From: a virus
DNA length: 12,547 bases
Direction: 5' to 3' (one strand)
IMG/VR virus record: IMGVR_UViG_3300045988_074307
Positions 6,473 through 12,547 of this stretch are shown here, in pieces (position 1 is the stretch's first letter; the number at the start of each line of letters is the position of its first letter). The notes under the pieces were generated by a model. That model did no database searches and was not told the DNA's origin. It saw only the letters and a program-made list of their open reading frames with translations. Both the position numbers and the translations under genes were made by a program.

Positions 6473-6766
6473 CTAATCCTCCCTTTTTTTAATAACCAAT
6501 GTGTCTGTTTCTGAATCATACGCGTGTGTCGCGTTGCCTACAATGTTTTCATTTTTAAACGACAGCGTAATACGCTCGTTTGCTTCGTCGTATATAACAC
6601 TAGGCATTATCTCGTTAAAAAATTCTAGCACAAGTGCGTTAAAATTATTTTTTAATTGCCGCTTTAACTCCTCTACTGTCTCTTTCGTTTGCGTCATTTC
6701 GTGAAGTAACCAGTCGGAATTATGGCGGTTGGGGTCTACATATGGATATTCATTATTGTATGCCAT
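6473..6766 (-). CDS. Hypothetical structural protein, 97 aa, possibly a tail or fibre adaptor
   Basis: RBS AGGAGG with ATG at 6766. It is packed between the collar and fibre genes. Its C-terminus AYDSETDTLVIKK resembles the C-terminus of the 65-aa ORF. Confidence 0.5.
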   Translation of the reverse strand: MAYNNEYPYVDPNRHNSDWLLHEMTQTKETVEELKRQLKNNFNALVLEFFNEIMPSVIYDEANERITLSFKNENIVGNATHAYDSETDTLVIKKRED

Positions 6767-6775
6767 TTATACCTC

Positions 6776-7480
6776 CTAATAAATCTGTACAATAAACTCG
6801 TGTTCAAACATTTCGGCAATCATCGCATAAAGGTCATATTTTACTCGCATGTCTTCCTCTGCCGAAATCATTTCTTGGTTGGTTGTAACACCAATGTTAC
6901 CATGCGCTCGTAAGACCTCTGTCTCGTCTCGTACAGCACCATAATTTACTGTAGAATTGTCATCGGCGCTAGTATTTGTAGAATTTACGTATTTGTCCGC
7001 GCCGCTGTTGCTAGTAGTGTCATTACGGCTATTGCCTGTTTTATTACGGTTTGTGTATTCATTTGTGTTGTATGCACTTACAGCTTCGGTGCTTTCCCCA
7101 GCGCTTATGGTTGTTGTCTGCGTACCTAGTGTTGTTGTGTCTTCACGTTTATTTTCATCGGTATATTTGCGCTCCGTTACGTCTCTACCCGAATTAGTGT
7201 AATTCCTAGACGATGTTTCGTAGCGGTCATAGTTCTCTATCGGGTTGTATGTTGCAGTAAGAGCTTTAAACATCTGTTCGAAATCATAACGTCGCCGTAA
7301 AAACCAGTAAGATATGTTAATTTTTAACATCGGCGGTGTCTGATAATAGGGGAATAAATCTCCCGACCGAGATATTATCTCGTTTATAAGAATATCCCTA
7401 TTTAACCCATCGGGCAGTACAACACCATCAAAAAGCGTTTTATCATATAGTAGCATTCCATATAGCGTTATCCTAGGCAT
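6776..7480 (-). CDS. Lower collar (phi29 gp11-like) candidate, 234 aa
   Basis: It lies immediately downstream of the portal gene. ATG 7480 overlaps the portal stop by 8 nt, with GGAGG at 7493-7497. The central Ser/Thr/Asn-rich segment has no hydrophobic core and could form extended tube hairpins. The call is positional; I rejected the GTG start at 7522, which has no RBS. Confidence 0.5.
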   Translation of the reverse strand: MPRITLYGMLLYDKTLFDGVVLPDGLNRDILINEIISRSGDLFPYYQTPPMLKINISYWFLRRRYDFEQMFKALTATYNPIENYDRYETSSRNYTNSGRDVTERKYTDENKREDTTTLGTQTTTISAGESTEAVSAYNTNEYTNRNKTGNSRNDTTSNSGADKYVNSTNTSADDNSTVNYGAVRDETEVLRAHGNIGVTTNQEMISAEEDMRVKYDLYAMIAEMFEHEFIVQIY

Positions 7481-8375
7481 TATCTTCACCGTCCTCCGTA
7501 TATTTGTATGCACACTCAACACGCAAACCTAACTCGCCTGAGGATAACCTATTCAAATTTTCAAACGATTCAGAGATATTTGCATAGATTACCGAGATAA
7601 TAGAGCGTGTCTCGTCGTTGTTTTCACTAACCTCCTGCGAATTTAGACGTTCTTTTTTATCATAATTAGCGTTGCGGATTCCTATTTTTGTTAGAAACTC
7701 GTTTGTTACGGTTCTCTTTGCCTGTAATAACACGTCTACGATAAAGTTACTTTTTACCGATGGAAAAAAAGGTTTTAAACCGCTATCGCCGACAACATGC
7801 TTATTTACAGTTACAAGCGGATTTCCCTGTGTCGCCGTTGCGTAAGCTTCTTTAATAGTGTCAGCATCTTTTTTGCTCTCGGCTTCGAACAAAAATGCAA
7901 CATTTGTATTCATTAAAGCAATATCAATTGCCTTGTCAATATTAGATAATTTAGTTGCAAATCTAGTTACAAGGTCATCCAATCCGTAGTAGTCATCCAG
8001 TAGTTTAACAATCTCCGCGTTTACACCAATACGACCGATTTTGTCTCCACTAAGAAAAGGCGACGTGACAATAATATCCTTCGGTTGATAGTACAAATTT
8101 AATTTTTGGATTCCGTAAGGATATGCAATCCACCCCATCTCGCGCGTATACAATACTGCTATCGACCCGTAATGAAATAGCCAGTATCGAAACCAATTAA
8201 GTTCCCAATTCTTCGGTAGAGTAAATTTAAAAACGGAGTAAATCTGCGTCCATAAATACCGTTTATTATAGTCCGTCTCAGCATTCCAAACACCCTTAAC
8301 TTGCGACGGCTGTTGATTAAAAAAATCCATAAACGACTGTGCGCTATAATCTAATGGAGCATTAAAATTATACAT
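7473..8375 (-). CDS. Portal / upper collar connector (phi29 gp10-like), 300 aa
   Basis: FLTKIGIRNANYDKKERLNSQEVSENNDETRS closely matches the phi29 gp10 segment [32 protein letters not shown] as I recall it. Size is similar (phi29 gp10 is about 309 aa) and the C-terminus is acidic. Confidence 0.88.
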   Translation of the reverse strand: MYNFNAPLDYSAQSFMDFFNQQPSQVKGVWNAETDYNKRYLWTQIYSVFKFTLPKNWELNWFRYWLFHYGSIAVLYTREMGWIAYPYGIQKLNLYYQPKDIIVTSPFLSGDKIGRIGVNAEIVKLLDDYYGLDDLVTRFATKLSNIDKAIDIALMNTNVAFLFEAESKKDADTIKEAYATATQGNPLVTVNKHVVGDSGLKPFFPSVKSNFIVDVLLQAKRTVTNEFLTKIGIRNANYDKKERLNSQEVSENNDETRSIISVIYANISESFENLNRLSSGELGLRVECAYKYTEDGEDNA

Positions 8376-8384
8376 ACATTCCTC

Positions 8385-9749
8385 CTATTCCATATAAAAT
8401 CCGCTGTTTAATAGCATATTTAGAGTATCGCGCTCGCTCGCTAACCCATCTATCGAAATGCTAGCCCCGCCGCATTTTACAAATCCGCTTAAAGTTCCTA
8501 ACTGTACATTTTGCATAAGCGGTCTACCTGCAACAGCAGTAGGATATTCGGCAGAACCATATACAGTTCTACTTATTGTAAACCACGGACGATTGCGTAA
8601 ACCTTGTATTGCCCCTGTAGAACCTAGAGTTTTTACGACTGGTGTTATTGCGTTTTTAATTGCATTTACTCCACTTGCAATGCCACCCATTACGTTACCA
8701 GTTGCAACAGACCCTCCTAACGACACAGCAGATTGTATTATACCGCCAATGTTAGAAACGGTCTGCCCAATCTGCACGTCGTATCCAACCATTCCGACAG
8801 CTGTTGTAAGATTGCAACCTTTATCGAGTTCTCCAGAAGCGCCTGTGTTTACAAATGTTACAAACTGTCCTGTCGAGTAGTCGATACTGCATGAAATATC
8901 AAGACCGCCATCGAAATACATGTGTTCGGGTGGTATTGCAACAATACCGTAAGATGGTATGTATAAAGAGAATGTCGTAAAATTGGGGTTACAATCGCGC
9001 CAATCGTTGTAATAACGTTCCATAGGCGCTACCTTTAAAATAATTGTTCCTCCGTACTTTGTAAGCATGTAACCTTTAATTCCCGTATTCCACCAGCCTA
9101 CCCATATATCGGTCTCTATGCCGTTAAGAGAATCGGCGCTGAACGGAAACCATTTGATTGAAATAATGTAGTCAATCGGATTAAATATAGCCTTTACGAA
9201 AGTTTCCGCTAAAACGTCCGAGAAATTTGAACTATCGTATAGATAAGACAATAGATGTCCTAATGTACTCGCAGATATTGCAAACATTTCTACACCTGTT
9301 GGAGCTAGAATAGAAGCTGTACTAGCCAATCTTATTATATAACATCCGTCTGTATCAAATCCAGCGATTTCGTTTCGAGCGTCTACTTTTACAAGTTTCT
9401 GCTTTGCACTCAATAATTCATCGTTAATATCAGAGTCATAAAAGGACGCGCTACGTTCTACAAAACACGTATAGCCCTCTATAGTACCTCGATACGTAGA
9501 GAGTACATCGACGGCTAGTTTGCAACTCCATAGACCTTCATTGTAATTCCAATCGTCGATAAAATAGTATCGTGTAAATTCGGGAATGTAGCAATAAGAG
9601 TAAGAGGGATTCCCCTCTACTCTAAGCTCTATAACTGGAGCTAAGATAGAGGTCGAATCCTTTAGCAATATGTCGATAGGTGTTCCATCTGTATTCGGAA
9701 GTTCCGTAGAATTTTTCCGCTTTGCAAAATTATAAAAAATTGCGTTCAT
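8385..9749 (-). CDS. Tail knob / distal tube protein (phi29 gp9-like), 454 aa
   Basis: N-terminal WSCKLAVDVLSTY resembles gp9 VHFEIDVLQTW. A long Gly/Ala/Val-rich segment (aa 316-383) resembles the gp9 hydrophobic loop. C-terminal FVKCGGASISIDGLASERDTLNMLLNSGFY resembles gp9 [32 protein letters not shown] (recalled). Confidence 0.75.
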   Translation of the reverse strand: MNAIFYNFAKRKNSTELPNTDGTPIDILLKDSTSILAPVIELRVEGNPSYSYCYIPEFTRYYFIDDWNYNEGLWSCKLAVDVLSTYRGTIEGYTCFVERSASFYDSDINDELLSAKQKLVKVDARNEIAGFDTDGCYIIRLASTASILAPTGVEMFAISASTLGHLLSYLYDSSNFSDVLAETFVKAIFNPIDYIISIKWFPFSADSLNGIETDIWVGWWNTGIKGYMLTKYGGTIILKVAPMERYYNDWRDCNPNFTTFSLYIPSYGIVAIPPEHMYFDGGLDISCSIDYSTGQFVTFVNTGASGELDKGCNLTTAVGMVGYDVQIGQTVSNIGGIIQSAVSLGGSVATGNVMGGIASGVNAIKNAITPVVKTLGSTGAIQGLRNRPWFTISRTVYGSAEYPTAVAGRPLMQNVQLGTLSGFVKCGGASISIDGLASERDTLNMLLNSGFYME

Positions 9750-9750
9750 A

Positions 9751-10590
9751 TTAGACCCTCCGCAGTTTACCCACCTTTGCCATGTTTAAAAGATACATAT
9801 TCTGTTCATACGTACCTGCATAATCGCTTATTCCATTCGCATTTGCGAGAGGTGTTCGTAATTTCCAATTACCAAATGGCGCTCCGATTTCTTCTAAAAT
9901 CTCATCTAATCCCTCTGCTTCACCTTCATATCGCGGGTAGTATTCATCGTCTGTCGAATACACCCTCATCAGTGTTCCGTCCTTTGCCTTGTTAATAAGA
10001 TACATATTCTGTTCATACGTACCCGCATAATCGCTTATTCCATTCGCGTTCGCGAGAGGTGTACGTAATTTCCAATTGCCAAAAGGCGCACCGATTTCTT
10101 CTAAAATCTCGTCTAACCCCTGCGATTCACCTTCATATCGCGGGTAGTATTCATCGTCTGTCAAAATTGGTTCGTTAAATAACGCTAACTCTGCGTTTCG
10201 GCGATTCACAAGACCGTTTAAAACTGCGCCACCTGCTTTATTATATTTTGGTAAATCTGCGCTAATCTGCTCGCGGGTTGCCTGTCCGTTTTTTAATAAC
10301 GTGCATAAATTAGCCGCACCGCAGTTGTAGCAGAAGCTCACGAGTGCGTCAAACTCATTTTGATTAAAATTATAATCATCGTCGTACTTATTTACACTAG
10401 GCTCATAGTTTCCTGCTAAATCGTCTTTTAAAAGCTCGTCAGCCTGTTCTTGTGTAATAGTATCCCATGCTTCTACATTTCCGTGATGACCATAACCTAT
10501 CGCATAACCGTTCACGTCCCAAAATGCTGTAAGACTACAACCCTCAAACGTTTTAATAAGCTCTAAACCTCTGTCAGATATATGTTTCAT
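9751..10590 (-). CDS. Endolysin: N-terminal GH24 (T4/lambda-type) lysozyme plus two tandem 69-aa C-terminal repeats (putative cell-wall-binding module), 279 aa
   Basis: LIKTFEGCSLTAFWDVNGYAIGYGH carries the E-x8-D lysozyme signature, followed by NEFDALVSFCYNCG. The C-terminal repeats are TDDEYYPRYEGE..GLDEILEEIGAPFGNWKLRTPLANANGISDYAGTYEQNMYL. The gene is adjacent to the holin. Confidence 0.88.
   Translation of the reverse strand: MKHISDRGLELIKTFEGCSLTAFWDVNGYAIGYGHHGNVEAWDTITQEQADELLKDDLAGNYEPSVNKYDDDYNFNQNEFDALVSFCYNCGAANLCTLLKNGQATREQISADLPKYNKAGGAVLNGLVNRRNAELALFNEPILTDDEYYPRYEGESQGLDEILEEIGAPFGNWKLRTPLANANGISDYAGTYEQNMYLINKAKDGTLMRVYSTDDEYYPRYEGEAEGLDEILEEIGAPFGNWKLRTPLANANGISDYAGTYEQNMYLLNMAKVGKLRRV
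9754..10161. repeat. Tandem duplication, 2 x 207 bp at about 90 percent identity, inside the endolysin gene
   Basis: Copy 9754-9954 matches copy 9955-10161; for example GATACATATTCTGTTCATACGTACC at 9792 recurs at 9999, an offset of 207 nt. Confidence 0.9.
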
Positions 10591-10601
10591 ATAAATACCT
10601 C

Positions 10602-10787
10602 CTACTGTGTCAACTTGTCTTTTAACTCTGTGATAACAATTTTTAAGTCTGCTAATGCTTCGGTTACTTTGCTCATTTCTTCCTTATGTGCGTCCGTCTG
10701 ATTCTTGTTTACGTAAGCCATATAAATACACGCAACAATAGGAAAGCCTACAGAACTAACCGCCGTTAATACTCCGTTTACGTCCAT
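10602..10787 (-). CDS. Holin candidate (BhlA/UviB-like architecture), 61 aa
   Basis: It has a single N-terminal transmembrane segment (GVLTAVSSVGFPIVACIYMAYV) and a charged helical C-terminus. RBS AGGAGG. It lies directly upstream of the endolysin. Confidence 0.65.
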   Translation of the reverse strand: MDVNGVLTAVSSVGFPIVACIYMAYVNKNQTDAHKEEMSKVTEALADLKIVITELKDKLTQ

Positions 10788-10798
10788 ATATTTACCTC

Positions 10799-12004
10799 CT
10801 ACTTCTGTTTACCGCCGTCGCCCAGTACAAATACTACAGCGTTCTCTGTGTAGTCGCTGTAAACGTTAAATCGCCAGTGCATATACATATTCCAGTAACC
10901 GCCTGCACTATTAAATGGTGTAGAGCTGGCATAATCAAACTGCGGCAGAACACCGAGTGCTTCCTCGTCAAAAAGAATGCCTAAACAATAAGGAATAGTT
11001 GTTTCTACACCGTCCTTGCTTGCACCAGTAGCGGTGTCGAGGATATTCGGCTTTACCTTAATCTGCGTTGGTTCTGCCTGTGACTGCCAGTAATTCACAC
11101 CCTCAAAGTCTCCTATTTCTAAGTACTGCGGGTTAAAAAGACTAGAATAAACCTCGGATTCCGCCTCGATGTAAACTGGGTCATACATAATCATTTTCTG
11201 CCGCTCTTTTGGTGTATGCCGCATAATCTTAGGATGGCTGTCGAGGTTTGCGTGATAATTGGTCGACATATCTGTAAGTCGTTTAGAATATATCTTAATT
11301 GTCGCCGCGGTAAACTTCATAAAAGATGTGAGCTGGCTCGATAACAGCTCTCCTCTTGTATATGTCGTGCCGTATTTTGTATTATATTCGGCAACTAAAT
11401 CTACAACACCAGTACCCATATTTACCATACCAGCAATATGCGAAATAAGCGCCAACCTAGATTTTGTTTCATTAAGTAATTCAACTTCGTTAAAAAACTC
11501 AATCATTACAGAATCAATAAATGCCAAAAACTCACGCTCGTCCGAAAAAGCTAGCGCGAGCTGGTCGCGAAAACGCGTAATATGCTTCTGCAAGAGTTTT
11601 GTGCCGTAAAAATTAAGCTGTAACACTTTAGGCTTACGAATTTTGTACATATCGACAGCTTCTCCGTCGTCTAACTGTGCAGGATTACTGTCTGTATTCC
11701 AGTCTTCTGTCTTCTCTGCTTCTTCATACAAGGTAATAATCTTACGTACCTGTCCACCCCAGCGTTCCGGAGATACAAGCAATGTAGACAATTTTGACTG
11801 GTACGGTCGGACAGAGAAAATAGTGCGCGCTAATACAGTAGACACGGAATTAAGTATATTTTCTGTGCCTGTGCGAAGAACAATTTCTCCGACCGATTGA
11901 AAAGATGTAGAATCTACTGCTTTTAAATCAGAGCGCCCTGTTGCCTGTGATACCATTTCGTTAAACAACGCGTATACGTCTACAGGTGTTAGTGTGTTTG
12001 CCAT
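10799..12004 (-). CDS. Major capsid protein (phi29 gp8-like), 401 aa
   Basis: C-terminal GGYWNMYMHWRFNVYSDYTENAVVFVLGD resembles phi29 gp8 [29 protein letters not shown] as I recall it. It is translationally coupled to the upstream gene through TAATG at 12002-12006. Confidence 0.85.
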   Translation of the reverse strand: MANTLTPVDVYALFNEMVSQATGRSDLKAVDSTSFQSVGEIVLRTGTENILNSVSTVLARTIFSVRPYQSKLSTLLVSPERWGGQVRKIITLYEEAEKTEDWNTDSNPAQLDDGEAVDMYKIRKPKVLQLNFYGTKLLQKHITRFRDQLALAFSDEREFLAFIDSVMIEFFNEVELLNETKSRLALISHIAGMVNMGTGVVDLVAEYNTKYGTTYTRGELLSSQLTSFMKFTAATIKIYSKRLTDMSTNYHANLDSHPKIMRHTPKERQKMIMYDPVYIEAESEVYSSLFNPQYLEIGDFEGVNYWQSQAEPTQIKVKPNILDTATGASKDGVETTIPYCLGILFDEEALGVLPQFDYASSTPFNSAGGYWNMYMHWRFNVYSDYTENAVVFVLGDGGKQK

Positions 12005-12417
12005 TATTTACTACCCCCTTTTAAATTTTCTCCTACCAGCATAGAAGTAAAGTGCTCTGCTAACTTATCGTCTATCGAAACTGTCGGCGGAATGTCGATT
12101 GTTGCATTCGCAGTATTTACACTCTGCAATAACTGTGCAAACTGGCTCTCTGTCAATCCTGTTTGCGGTGCTACCTGCGCTACCTGCGGTGCTACCTGCG
12201 GTGATACCTGCGGCGCTACCTGCGCTACCTGCGGTGCTACCTGCGGTGCTACCTGCGCTACCTGCGGTGCTACCTGCGGTGCTACCTGCGGTGCTACCTG
12301 CGGTGCTACCTGCGGTGCTACCTGCGCTACCTGCGGTGTTGCCTGCTGTGCTAAAGTCATAATCTGCTCTCTGCTAAAACCAGCATGAGCAAGTGCTACA
12401 ACATCATTTAATGTCAT
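12004..12417 (-). CDS. Scaffolding protein candidate with a central (A/S)PQV / AQV tandem repeat, 137 aa
   Basis: First gene of the late operon, directly upstream of the capsid gene and coupled to it, like phi29 gp7. ATG 12417 has GGGAGG upstream. The ends are helical and acidic and flank a repeat linker. The ORF-track start at 12525 lies in the ITR and was rejected. Confidence 0.45.
   Translation of the reverse strand: MTLNDVVALAHAGFSREQIMTLAQQATPQVAQVAPQVAPQVAPQVAPQVAPQVAQVAPQVAPQVAQVAPQVSPQVAPQVAQVAPQTGLTESQFAQLLQSVNTANATIDIPPTVSIDDKLAEHFTSMLVGENLKGGSK
12163..12342. repeat. In-frame microsatellite-like tandem repeat: 12-nt GCTACCTGCGGT units mixed with 9-nt GCTACCTGC units, about 16 units
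   Basis: Read directly. It encodes ATPQV AQV (APQV)x5 AQV (APQV)x2 AQV APQV SPQV APQV AQV APQ on the - strand. Confidence 0.95.
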
Positions 12418-12456
12418 AGATTTGTACCTCCCTTTTAAAATTAATTGTTCGCCCAT

Positions 12457-12485
12457 ATAGTACAACATTTTGTATGTATTGTCAA
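12457..12485 (-). promoter_or_regulatory. Sigma-A-type promoter of the right (structural/lysis) arm
   Basis: On the - strand: TTGACA (12485-12480), 17-nt spacer, TACTAT (12462-12457). Its -35 is 63 nt from the right end, mirroring the left promoter, whose -35 is 64 nt from the left end. Confidence 0.6.
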
Positions 12486-12490
12486 TACAT
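12474..12490. promoter_or_regulatory. Perfect 8+1+8 inverted repeat over the late-promoter -35; candidate operator
   Basis: ATGTATTG-T-CAATACAT (12474-12490) is centred on the -35 hexamer. It contains GTAT/ATAC half-sites like the GTATATAC palindromes of the rightward promoters. Confidence 0.45.
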
Positions 12491-12505
12491 AATTTAACGT
12501 TATGC

Positions 12506-12547
12506 CGTTTGGGGAGGTCGAACAAGTGTTTCGGGTATGGTTACTTT
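12506..12547. repeat. Right inverted terminal repeat (42 bp, perfect)
   Basis: Exact reverse complement of nt 1-42. Confidence 0.95.

Noticed and set aside
5963-6492. + strand ORFs (72, 118 and 70 aa) opposite the fibre genes
   Set aside because: They are low-complexity Leu/Ala/Cys-rich antisense translations of Ala/Ser-rich coding sequence. They have no RBS, and the - strand ORFs all have GGAGG sites and paralogous motifs.
7481-7522. GTG 7522 as the start of the lower-collar ORF
   Set aside because: It has no RBS and would overlap the portal gene by 50 nt. ATG 7480 follows GGAGG and gives a typical short coupled overlap.
8458-8880. 140-aa + strand ORF inside the tail knob gene
   Set aside because: It is an antisense shadow of the Gly-rich region, Pro/Thr-rich and without an RBS. 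The - strand product shows gp9-like features.
12163-12342. Possible CRISPR-like array
   Set aside because: The units are 9-12 nt, contiguous without spacers, and in frame within a CDS. It is a coding microsatellite, not CRISPR.
12092-12388. + strand ORFs (98 and 87 aa) with repetitive ATCG/LPAV peptides
   Set aside because: They are antisense shadows of the 12/9-nt tandem repeat and have no RBS. The - strand frame fits the operon and is coupled to the capsid gene.
12418-12525. N-terminal extension MFDLPKRHNVKL... of the scaffold-candidate ORF
   Set aside because: This is the mirror-image ITR artefact. It overlaps the predicted promoter, whereas ATG 12417 has GGGAGG at proper spacing.

Overview
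The window appears to be a complete linear genome (12,547 bp) of a very small phi29-like, protein-primed podophage. Every gene has a strong GGAGG-type ribosome-binding site (RBS), which points to a Gram-positive (Bacillota-type) host. The sequence starts and ends with a perfect 42-bp inverted terminal repeat (ITR) beginning AAAGTA. Left arm, + strand (140-4578): a ribbon-helix-helix (RHH) regulator, a candidate terminal protein, a protein-primed family-B DNA polymerase with all Exo/Pol motifs, a small SpoVG-like nucleic-acid-binding protein, and a gp16-like packaging ATPase. Right arm, - strand (12417 down to 4698), one tightly packed operon: a scaffold candidate with a PQVA tandem repeat, a gp8-like major capsid protein, a holin, and a GH24 endolysin with a duplicated 69-aa C-terminal module. 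It continues with a gp9-like tail knob, a gp10-like portal, a lower-collar candidate, three small fibre-like ORFs and an SGNH-esterase appendage protein. Each arm is driven by a sigma-A-type promoter about 63 bp in from its ITR end. The arms converge on a 119-nt GC-rich non-coding locus that has its own near-consensus promoter and an intrinsic terminator. That locus is my top candidate for a previously undescribed packaging-RNA (pRNA)-like ncRNA. A palindrome, GTATATAC, recurs in the rightward promoters, and a related inverted repeat overlaps the late promoter; both are plausible operators for the RHH protein. I found no integrase, tRNA, rRNA or CRISPR. All homology statements rest on motifs read by eye and on my recollection of phi29 proteins, not on database searches.
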